A stretch of 61,040 nucleotides of DNA from Desulfobacteraceae bacterium (GTDB taxonomy: Bacteria > Desulfobacterota > Desulfobacteria > Desulfobacterales > Desulfococcaceae), in the NCBI GenBank assembly GCA_041642315.1, contig JBEPWQ010000001.1, positions 1 to 61,040 of the forward strand, in the 5' to 3' direction. Shown here in pieces: positions 18,560 through 26,121 of this stretch; the first letter of the stretch is position 1; every line of letters starts with the position of its first letter. Below the pieces are notes generated by a model that was not told the origin of the DNA, made no database searches, and saw only the letters and a program-made list of their open reading frames with translations. Both the position numbers and the translations under genes were made by a program.

Positions 18560-18810
18560 TTAAACACCAGGAATCAAACCCAGCTGCTTCATAAACCCAT
18601 GGGCGCCATAACACCAGACGCGCTCATTCACTTGGCCGTCTGATATGCCGTAAAAGAAGTTCCCTTCATGCTCGTCTAATTTTGGATCTTTGGAATGCAC
18701 ATGAAATAAAGGGTATGGGTGGATTGGGCCGACCACTGGGTGACCACCTGGTCCCCTTCTGCTACTTGGTTTTCAATGGTGATCCTTTCATCCGGAAAGG
18801 CGGTGTGCAA
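18560..18810 (-). pseudogene. Truncated and frameshifted SnoaL-like (ester cyclase family) gene fragment
   Basis: Hand translation of the minus strand gives LHTAFPDERITIENQVAEGDQVVTQWSAQSTHTLYFMCIPKIQN*, with TAG at 18676-18678. It continues in another frame as ...DPKLDEHEGNFFYGISDGQVNERVWCYGAHGFMKQLGLIPGV*, with TAA at 18560-18562. No N-terminal half; it abuts repeat B. Confidence 0.5.
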
Positions 18811-18813
18811 ATT

Positions 18814-18915
18814 GGGGTGGCGTTTCGGTTTCCGCGCATTCACCGGTGGCCCCATGACAAAACCGTAGCGGAAATCGATACCATGGACGGACTCAAGACG
18901 CTGCTGCCGGGCTGA
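18814..18915 (+). repeat. Direct repeat B (second copy of the ligase 3'-end segment)
   Basis: See 17303-17404. It encodes ...GVAFRFPRIHRWPHDKTVAEIDTMDGLKTLLPG* at the end of ORF 18682-18915, whose N-terminal part is antisense to the cyclase fragment and not gene-like. Confidence 0.85.
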
Positions 18916-19000
18916 TGAGGCGCAGATGACCCTGGATATGTCTTCATTATGGAACGCATCGAAAACCGGCGGTCAGAGAGAAAACCGGAACGATGGCCTC

Positions 19001-19630
19001 TCACCGGAGTCCCAAAGCGGCAATCGCTCCATTGAGGATCACCGATAAAACGATGGAGGCGATACAGAGCGGGACCAGCGCAATGACAGAAGCCGCCCCT
19101 TTTCGTCGGTAGCGCCAGTGGCGGTAACGCACCATTGGAATCCATGCCAGCGGCGCCAGAAACATGAGCACGAACCAACCCACAAAGTTGAGCAGGGGGA
19201 TTTCATAATAGACCGTTCCGGTAACGAACCAGACCCAGTACCCGGCTGCAACCGCCACCGGATCGATAAACAGATCCAGCACCACTGCGACGAACCCGGT
19301 AAGCAGCGGCACCTGCCACCACAGACGCCGCTGCGTGACCATATCCTGATCGGGGCGGGCCAGAATGCCTTCGGCCAGAAACAGGCAGCTTCCGCACATG
19401 CCGATCCAGCCGAAGAAGATGAAGGTGAAGACCCACAGGGGTGATTGCCCCGGGTATTCATAATTGTGGACTGCGAAAGAGGAGATAAAATCCATGATTG
19501 CCGTGAACCCGCCGGACAGAATCATAAAGGAGAGCGCGTCCGGTCCGCCGAATCGCCAGCGGATGTATGCAAGCACCAGGAATGCAAAGAGAATGCTGCC
19601 GATGAGCATTACCGAAAAATTGGCGTTCAT
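19001..19630 (-). CDS. Polytopic membrane protein, DUF422/carotenoid-biosynthesis-protein-like
   Basis: ORF 19001-19831. I prefer ATG 19630 (MNANFSVMLIG...) because the upstream part overlaps a better small ORF. The motif DPVAVAAGYWVW...YYEIPLLNFVGW resembles DUF422. Confidence 0.65.
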   Translation of the reverse strand: MNANFSVMLIGSILFAFLVLAYIRWRFGGPDALSFMILSGGFTAIMDFISSFAVHNYEYPGQSPLWVFTFIFFGWIGMCGSCLFLAEGILARPDQDMVTQRRLWWQVPLLTGFVAVVLDLFIDPVAVAAGYWVWFVTGTVYYEIPLLNFVGWFVLMFLAPLAWIPMVRYRHWRYRRKGAASVIALVPLCIASIVLSVILNGAIAALGLR

Positions 19631-19821
19631 GGCCTGTTCCGCCGCGTCCGAAGCAGATAGATCGCCAGCGCAGGCACCGGAAGAACGGCCAAATACAGCA
19701 GATGCCAGGCACCTGCGGTGACGGCCGTTAGTATCCAGAGCCCCCAATTGACCAGATAAAAACCGGCCGGAATCCAGCGGCCTGCCTTCGTCTGTTTTAA
19801 ATATACATGCGCTTTTTCCAT
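19627..19821 (-). CDS. Small two-helix membrane protein, translationally coupled (ATGA) to the downstream DUF422-like gene
   Basis: 64 aa with two clear hydrophobic helices and a basic tail. GGAGGTG sits 7 nt before the ATG at 19821. Its stop overlaps the 19630 start. Confidence 0.55.
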   Translation of the reverse strand: MEKAHVYLKQTKAGRWIPAGFYLVNWGLWILTAVTAGAWHLLYLAVLPVPALAIYLLRTRRNRP

Positions 19822-19936
19822 GGTAGTGCACCTCCGTTCGGGGGGGTTGCGGAAAGCCCTGGGTTCGGTAGAGCTAGAAGTACTTCAGAATCATAAGAAT
19901 CATCTGGGAGAAGGGTAGGGGGTGGGCGATTTTTCG

Positions 19937-19965
19937 TTGACAAAAAGCCATTTCTCATATAAAGT
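19937..19965 (+). promoter_or_regulatory. Candidate sigma70-type promoter for the dynamin-like/mrp transcription unit
   Basis: TTGACA (19937-19942) followed by TATAAA (15-nt spacer) or TAAAGT (17-nt spacer), about 100 nt upstream of ATG 20064. Confidence 0.35.
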
Positions 19966-20063
19966 GCGCTTCAGAAATAATCGGAGGGCGGATGACCTGC
20001 CACCCGCAGGGTGCCACGCTCCGAAAAAAATACAAGCGGATACCGGCGATTCAGGGAGGAAGA

Positions 20064-21755
20064 ATGGAGCAGTCTGAGAGCAGTGCGCTCGCCGATAACA
20101 AGATGCAGGCTTATGGTAGGCTGGCAACAGAGCTTAACAAAGCGCTCGCGGAAATCCGCGATGCTCTGGCCGCCCATTCCGGATTGCTCCCGGAAGGGCG
20201 CCTGAAGGCCCTCGACACCCTGCTTGCGGAATTCGCCGACCGGCGCATTCGGGTGGCCTTTTACGGAGAGGTGAAGGCCGGAAAATCGACGCTCATCAAC
20301 GCTGTGGCCGGCCAGGAATTGTCTCCGGTCGCATTCGGTCCGCTCACCTCCATACCGGTCCGGATCACATGGGGGAAGCAAGACGGCTGGCGGGTGGGAG
20401 AGCACCGTTTCGACAATATATCGGCTCTATATGAGGTCATGAAAGAGGTGCCGAAGGATGTCCGAGAGGTGGTGGTCGAAACCTCGGCGGACCTGCTTCA
20501 GCTCGGCGGTCAGGTAGACCTGATCGACACCCCGGGCGTCGGCGGTCAGGACCGGTTTGATCTCATCAGCGCCGATACGCTGAAATCTCTCGACACCGTC
20601 GTTCTGGTGGTTCGATACCCGGGGCTTTTTACCAAATTCACCCGTCATCTCATGAACGAACTGCAAACCGATATCGGAAAGCTGTTCGTGGTCTGGAATC
20701 TCGATACAAGTTGCGCCGAACTGGCGGCCGATGAGCGGGAGCGCCATGCCGAAACCCTTCGGGAACAGGTCGCCGGTGCAAACGAACTGCATCTGGTCGA
20801 TGCCCGCGAGGGGTTGCGGGCCGCGCGGGCGGGAGATCAGAATAAAATCCGCTCCTCGGGCCTGGCCGATTTCAGTGCCGCGCTCGGGGCGTTCGCATCT
20901 TCGGAGAAACGAGAAGTCGCGGCCCTGCGGGAAGCGGCCAAGCGGGGAAATTTCTGGCTGTCGGAGGCGCTCCAGGCCCTCAGCAGACGCCGGGCAGGGC
21001 TGGAAGAATCCCTGAAAACCACGCGGGAATTGCTGGCGGACGTCAAGAGACGTTCGGATGCGGAAACCGAGACCGCCCGGAGCAGCTTTTCGGCTTTTCA
21101 GAGCGAGGTCGCCGCTGCTGAAAGAGAACGGAAGTCGGCCGCCGAGAAATTTGCCGACCGGTTGCGCAAACAGATCCGCTCGGCCCGTCGTTCCTGGATT
21201 TTTTCGGCGGATCAGCAGGAGCTTGAACAATCGGTGCGGACCGCAGTCGATGCCTATGCGGATGATGTCGAGGCGGCCTGCCGGGATTATGTCAGAACCT
21301 TGCAGAGTTCCGGGGAACGCTTCGGAGCGTCGGTGCCGGCCACCCCTCGACCGCGCACGGTACCGCTTCCCGAACCGCTCATCGCGGAAGATCGAATCGG
21401 CCTGGCCACGCGGGGCCGGGGACAAATGTTCAAACGCATGCTGCTCTTCAGCTGGTGTCTGCCCGGCATTTCGGAGCTGAAAGGCCCCAAGATATCGGAA
21501 GATCTCGCATCCCAGGCCGGATGGGCGAAGGAAATGGCCGATACCGCCGAAAAAGCGGTCCGAGCCGTGCTCGAGAAACGGCTGGCGGATATCGCCGGTC
21601 GAAGCCAAAAGGAAATCGAGGAGATCAAGAGCCGCACCCTATATGAGGCCGAGGAGGCCGAACTGGAAGCGCTCCGAAAGCACGTGCCGATGGTGGATGA
21701 AGCGCGCGCTCAAGTGATCCGGATCACCCGGGAGGCTCGATCGCTTTTCGGGTAG
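20064..21755 (+). CDS. Bacterial dynamin-like GTPase
   Basis: ORF 19992-21755; ATG 20064 follows GGGAGGA. P-loop GEVKAGKSTLINAV, DTPGVGG (G3), WNLD-type G4 context, long coiled-coil-like Ala/Arg/Glu-rich stalk and a hydrophobic paddle-like segment (MLLFSWCLPGI). Confidence 0.75.
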   Translation: MEQSESSALADNKMQAYGRLATELNKALAEIRDALAAHSGLLPEGRLKALDTLLAEFADRRIRVAFYGEVKAGKSTLINAVAGQELSPVAFGPLTSIPVRITWGKQDGWRVGEHRFDNISALYEVMKEVPKDVREVVVETSADLLQLGGQVDLIDTPGVGGQDRFDLISADTLKSLDTVVLVVRYPGLFTKFTRHLMNELQTDIGKLFVVWNLDTSCAELAADERERHAETLREQVAGANELHLVDAREGLRAARAGDQNKIRSSGLADFSAALGAFASSEKREVAALREAAKRGNFWLSEALQALSRRRAGLEESLKTTRELLADVKRRSDAETETARSSFSAFQSEVAAAERERKSAAEKFADRLRKQIRSARRSWIFSADQQELEQSVRTAVDAYADDVEAACRDYVRTLQSSGERFGASVPATPRPRTVPLPEPLIAEDRIGLATRGRGQMFKRMLLFSWCLPGISELKGPKISEDLASQAGWAKEMADTAEKAVRAVLEKRLADIAGRSQKEIEEIKSRTLYEAEEAELEALRKHVPMVDEARAQVIRITREARSLFG

Positions 21756-21896
21756 TCGAATCCTGCCGGTTCGCTGGGTCGCCGACTGCTTCGGGATGCC
21801 GGACCGGTGGGGGGGAGCCGGAGAGGGAGAAAGCGCCTATATGCTGAAATCATCATGTCTGCGGGCAGCCATTCGAATGGTGGAAGAATTTAGAAC

Positions 21897-22625
21897 ATGA
21901 CCACAAATCCCATTCAGGCCAAAGAGGACAGGGCCAATGAGAACAAAAAGGGTCGTGAATCCCAGGCAGCAGAATATCCGTTCCTTGCAGATGCCGCGGA
22001 AATGGGCGGCGACATGCATCCCGAGCAGCAGGACCGAGGCACACAAGCCCGTCGGCTCCGAACGTTTTATTTCCGGTATCGCGGTCTCTTTTTGCAGGCC
22101 GTTATACTCATGGCCGTCTGGCTTGTCTTGAGCGGGCATTACGATCTTCAGCATATTCTTTTCGGAGTCGCCTCCGTGGTCCTAGTCGTCTCGCTCAATT
22201 ACCGAATGCATCTGGTCCCTCTGGCTCCGGGGGAACAACCCGGGAGGCATCACATCATCATTCACCGTCTGATCATCTATCTCTTCTGGCTGTTGTGGCA
22301 GATCATCCAGTCCGGGCTGTATGTGGCCTACATTGTTTTGCACCCCCAGATGCCGGTCAATCCCATGCTGGTGCGTTTCAAATCGAGACAACCCAATGTT
22401 CTCGCCCGGGTCATTCTCGGCAATTCCATCACCCTGACCCCGGGGACCATCACCCTCGAGATCGACGGGGACGAATTTACGGTCCACGCCCTGAACGAAG
22501 ATACCGAAAAGGCGCTGATCTCGGGCGACATGGAGGCCCGTGTGGGACGGCTCTATCTTTCCGAGTGCCGTTCCAAGGACATGTGCACCGACGTAGAACT
22601 AATCACCTCCGGACGAGGACGCTGA
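21897..22625 (+). CDS. mrpE: Mrp/Mnh antiporter subunit E (MbhA-like); start uncertain (alternatives 22002, 22014)
   Basis: The core AVILMAVWLVLSGHYDLQHILFGVASVVLV...ARVILGNSITLTPGTITLE is typical of MnhE. Confidence 0.75.
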   Translation: MTTNPIQAKEDRANENKKGRESQAAEYPFLADAAEMGGDMHPEQQDRGTQARRLRTFYFRYRGLFLQAVILMAVWLVLSGHYDLQHILFGVASVVLVVSLNYRMHLVPLAPGEQPGRHHIIIHRLIIYLFWLLWQIIQSGLYVAYIVLHPQMPVNPMLVRFKSRQPNVLARVILGNSITLTPGTITLEIDGDEFTVHALNEDTEKALISGDMEARVGRLYLSECRSKDMCTDVELITSGRGR

Positions 22626-22900
22626 TGGATATCTTTTTCATTATTATCGCCCAGGTTCTGTGCATCATCCTGCTTATCCCTTTTTACCGCGTCATTGTGG
22701 GGCCGACCGTTTTTGACCGACTGCTCGGAGCAACCGCGATCGGCAGTAAAATCATCACCATTGTCCTGCTCATCGGGTTCATGTTCGACCGAATCGACAT
22801 GTTTATCGACATCTCCCTCGGTTATGCCATTCTCAATTTCGTCGGGGTCATCGCCATGGCCAAGTATTTCAAGACATCTGCCAGGTTCTGCCGACTATGA
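22625..22900 (+). CDS. mrpF: Mrp antiporter subunit F (MbhB-like)
   Basis: ATG 22625 overlaps the mrpE stop. A 91-aa three-helix protein (IVGPTVFDRLLGATAIGSKI) typical of MnhF. It is embedded in ORF 22295-22900. Confidence 0.8.
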   Translation: MDIFFIIIAQVLCIILLIPFYRVIVGPTVFDRLLGATAIGSKIITIVLLIGFMFDRIDMFIDISLGYAILNFVGVIAMAKYFKTSARFCRL

Positions 22901-23241
22901 TGACCCTGCTCTTTCATATTCTCGCTGTTCTGCTCATGCTCGGCGGGGTCTTTTTCATGCTCGTGGGCAGTATCGGCCTCAACCGCATGCCCGATTTCTA
23001 TACCCGGTCCCATGCGGCGGGAAAAGTCGACACCCTGGGGATCATGATGTTTCTGGCTGGAATGATGGTATTCGAAGGTTGGACGATCAACAGCGCCAAA
23101 CTGCTTCTCATCATCGCCTTCGTGGCTCTGACCAGTCCGGTGGCCACCCACGCTCTAACCAGACGGGCGCTGCTCATCGGGCTCAAACCCTGGTACCGGC
23201 CTAAAAAAGACAGGGGCGATTCCCATGCAATGGCAGATTGA
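22897..23241 (+). CDS. mrpG: Mrp antiporter subunit G (MbhC-like)
   Basis: The GSIGLNRMPDFYTRSHAAGKVDTLG motif is typical of MnhG. ATGA overlap with mrpF. Confidence 0.85.
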   Translation: MMTLLFHILAVLLMLGGVFFMLVGSIGLNRMPDFYTRSHAAGKVDTLGIMMFLAGMMVFEGWTINSAKLLLIIAFVALTSPVATHALTRRALLIGLKPWYRPKKDRGDSHAMAD

Positions 23242-23470
23242 AATCCTTCTTTATGTTGTTCTCATCGTCGCCGCCCTGAGCGCCCTGGGCATTCGGAACC
23301 TCCTGGCGGCCGTGGTCATTCTGAACATTTTCAGCTTCATGAGCGCCTCCATCATGGTCTCCATGGGAGCCATCGATGTCGCTTTCACCGAGGCCGTGGT
23401 AGGTGCCGGCGCCGTGGGTGTGTTCAATATCCTGGCAATCCTCAGGACATCCAGAAAGAGCCTAGATTGA
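23225..23470 (+). CDS. DUF4040 protein (MrpA C-terminal domain / MbhD-like)
   Basis: 81 aa with three helices. The FTEAVVGAGAVGV motif is as in MbhD/MnhB N-terminal domain proteins. Confidence 0.75.
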   Translation: MQWQIEILLYVVLIVAALSALGIRNLLAAVVILNIFSFMSASIMVSMGAIDVAFTEAVVGAGAVGVFNILAILRTSRKSLD

Positions 23471-23763
23471 AAGCACTCCATATCATCCTCCTGGCATTCT
23501 TCGGGTGCTTGCTCATGGCCGCGGCCGCAGGGCTTCCCCCCCGGGGAGATATTCATGCCCCGGCCCAGCTTCTGGTCAACCCCGCGGGCACCCCGGTGGC
23601 GGGGGCTTACTACATTCAGCATGCCTACAAGCATGCCGGGACCCCGAACATCGTCACCGTCGTTCTGGCGGACTATCGGGGATTCGACACCCTCGGGGAG
23701 ACCCTGGTGGTGTTTACCGGAGCGATCTCCGTTCTCTTCATTCTCCGTCGGAGGAAGGCATGA
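23467..23763 (+). CDS. MnhB-related small subunit (MbhE-like)
   Basis: TTG start overlaps the upstream stop. NIVTVVLADYRGFDTLGETLVVF is the conserved MnhB/MbhE motif. Confidence 0.7.
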   Translation: MKALHIILLAFFGCLLMAAAAGLPPRGDIHAPAQLLVNPAGTPVAGAYYIQHAYKHAGTPNIVTVVLADYRGFDTLGETLVVFTGAISVLFILRRRKA

Positions 23764-24188
23764 AAACCCCGTCGGGAAGCCCGATCATTCAGGTGGCCAC
23801 CCGGGGGCTGGTTCCGGTGATCCAGATCATCGGCCTCTATGTCTTCTTTCACGGCCATTACAGCCCCGGGGGAGGGTTTCAAGGGGGGGTGCTCCTTGCG
23901 GCCAGTATTATTCTGGCCCGCCTTTCTCTGGGAACCGAGATCAGCCAGCGCCTCTTTTCCTCCCGCAGGACCATTATCTTCAGCGCCGTGGGGGTACTGA
24001 TTTTTGCGGGGACCGGCCTGGCGGCCCTGCTCGCAGGAGGGCAATTTCTCAACTATGAATTTCTTCCATTGCCGGGGCTTGAGCCTGCCGACCTTCGGAA
24101 CTGGGGTATCCTGATCATCGAGTCGGGAGTGACTATTACGGTGATGACATCCCTGATCGCCATCTACGACGAAATTATCGGTTGCTGA
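23760..24188 (+). CDS. mrpB: Mrp antiporter subunit B (MbhF-like)
   Basis: ATG 23760 overlaps the upstream stop. HGHYSPGGGFQGGVLLAASIIL is the MnhB-domain signature. It is embedded in ORF 23505-24188. Confidence 0.8.
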   Translation: MKTPSGSPIIQVATRGLVPVIQIIGLYVFFHGHYSPGGGFQGGVLLAASIILARLSLGTEISQRLFSSRRTIIFSAVGVLIFAGTGLAALLAGGQFLNYEFLPLPGLEPADLRNWGILIIESGVTITVMTSLIAIYDEIIGC

Positions 24189-24209
24189 CCATGCTATCGG
24201 GTACTGACT

Positions 24210-24578
24210 ATGCTTGAGTTAATCGAAGGATATTACGCCTATTTTTTTCTCATTCTGCTGTTTCTGATCGGACTCTACGGCATGATGATCAAGCGGAACC
24301 TGATGAAGAAAATCTTCGGAATGTCCATTGTTCAGAGTTCGGTCATTCTCTTCTGGATCACCAGCGCCTTTAAAGAGAAAGCTACCGTAACCGTTTTGGA
24401 CCCGGGTATCGGTCTCGAGAACCCGGACCTGTACCTCAACCCGCTTCCCCACACCCTGATGCTGACCGCCATCGTCGTGGCCGTGGTCACCCTGGGGGTT
24501 TCTTTCGCCCTGATCATCGCCATCTATCGTAATTACGGCACACTGGATGAACCGCGTCTGCTGGAACGGACACGATGA
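24210..24578 (+). CDS. mrpC: Mrp antiporter subunit C (NuoK-like, MbhG-like)
   Basis: 122 aa with three helices; NLMKKIFGMSIVQSSVILFWI is typical of MnhC/NuoK. Confidence 0.85.
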   Translation: MLELIEGYYAYFFLILLFLIGLYGMMIKRNLMKKIFGMSIVQSSVILFWITSAFKEKATVTVLDPGIGLENPDLYLNPLPHTLMLTAIVVAVVTLGVSFALIIAIYRNYGTLDEPRLLERTR

Positions 24579-26059
24579 ATTCGATTCAAATCCCGCTTCT
24601 CATTCCGGTCACATTCCTTTTCGCATCCCTGCTGACCCCTCTGGCGGGGCTTCTGGGGCGCTCCTGGGCCCATCTGGTCTCTCTGGCCGGGGCGGTTTTC
24701 GTCTTTTTTCTTTCTCTGAAGGGGCTTGGGGCCGCACTGACCGAGGGTCCGCTCCGCTACCACGTGAGCGGCTGGCTGCCGCCGATGGGTATCGAATTCG
24801 TTCTCGATCCCCTGGCCGGGTTTTTAGAGGTCATCATCACCGGCATGACCGTTCTGGTTTTGATCTATGCCCGGAAAAGCGTGGAGATCGAAAACCCCGA
24901 CAAGGCCGTTCCCTTCTACACACTCACCATGCTCCTGATGACCGGCCTGAGCGGCATGGTCATTACCGGGGACCTTTTCAATCTCTATGTCTTCCTGGAG
25001 ATCAGCGCCCTGGCCGGATACGCCCTGCTGGCGATCGGGGGCAAGCGGGCCCCTTTTTCCGCATTCCGCTACCTGACCCTGGGCACCCTCGGAGCGGGGT
25101 TTTATCTGATGGGGCTGGTCTTTCTCTTCATGACGACCGGAACCTTGAACATGGCGGACATGTCGAGGATGCTGCCTCTGGTCAACGGCAGCTTTACCGT
25201 GACCACCGGTCTGATTCTGATCATTCTCGGAGCGGGGCTGAAAATGGGGCTCTTCCCGCTGCATACCTGGCTCCCCGAAGCCTACACCAACGCCTCCTCG
25301 GCGGCTACCAGCCTGATTGCCCCCGTGGGCACCAAGGTGGCCGCCTATATCCTGATTCGGATGCTGATCATTTCCGGCTTTCCACCCCTGATTGAACTTT
25401 TGACCTGGGTTGCGGCCGTGGGGATTATCGCCGCCTCGATTCTGGCCATCGCCCAGAGCGACATCAAGCGTATGCTGGCCTACTCCTCGGTGGCCAACAT
25501 CGGCTATATCGCCCTGGGCATTACACTGGCCAACCCCCTGGCCTTTATCGGTGCCATGCTGCACATTCTCAATCACGCCCTCATGAAGGCTGTGCTCTTC
25601 TTTGCCGCCGGCGGCATTTTCAACAAGATGGGCACCCGGGACATCTTTCAACTGCGCGGCCTGCCCAAAAAGATGCCGTTTACGGCCGGGGCCATGCTCA
25701 TCGCCGTGTTTTCCATGGTCGGCATTCCTCCCACCGGGGGGTTTTTTAGCAAGATTTATCTTATATTTGGCGCTATCGAGGCCGGGACATGGTTCTTTGT
25801 GGCTGTCATCCTGATCAGTACCCTGCTCAATTTCGTCTATTTCTTCCGGGTCATTCAGACCTCGTTTTTCAAACCTTATGAGACTGCGGGAACGCCTGAT
25901 GACGATGTAAAATACGAAAGCATGGAAATGGATGAGATGAGCCCCGGCATGCTTGTTCCCACCCTGATCATATCCGTGGTCATCATTCTGGTGGGTCTGT
26001 TCAACGGGGCCATCGTAGACAAGGTCATCATCCCCGGACATCCCTGGTTTTCAGGTTAA
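24575..26059 (+). CDS. mrpD: Mrp antiporter subunit D (NuoN/ND2-like antiporter subunit, MbhH-like)
   Basis: 494 aa, 14 TM. Proton_antipo_M-type motifs (FNLYVFLEISALAGYALL, WLPEAY, MLAYSSVANIGY, HILNHALMKAVLF). Confidence 0.9.
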   Translation: MNSIQIPLLIPVTFLFASLLTPLAGLLGRSWAHLVSLAGAVFVFFLSLKGLGAALTEGPLRYHVSGWLPPMGIEFVLDPLAGFLEVIITGMTVLVLIYARKSVEIENPDKAVPFYTLTMLLMTGLSGMVITGDLFNLYVFLEISALAGYALLAIGGKRAPFSAFRYLTLGTLGAGFYLMGLVFLFMTTGTLNMADMSRMLPLVNGSFTVTTGLILIILGAGLKMGLFPLHTWLPEAYTNASSAATSLIAPVGTKVAAYILIRMLIISGFPPLIELLTWVAAVGIIAASILAIAQSDIKRMLAYSSVANIGYIALGITLANPLAFIGAMLHILNHALMKAVLFFAAGGIFNKMGTRDIFQLRGLPKKMPFTAGAMLIAVFSMVGIPPTGGFFSKIYLIFGAIEAGTWFFVAVILISTLLNFVYFFRVIQTSFFKPYETAGTPDDDVKYESMEMDEMSPGMLVPTLIISVVIILVGLFNGAIVDKVIIPGHPWFSG

Positions 26060-26121
26060 CTGAAGGCCGCCCGCCAGATCAGGATACGATAGCATACGGC
26101 CGATAATGTAGGAGAAATGAT

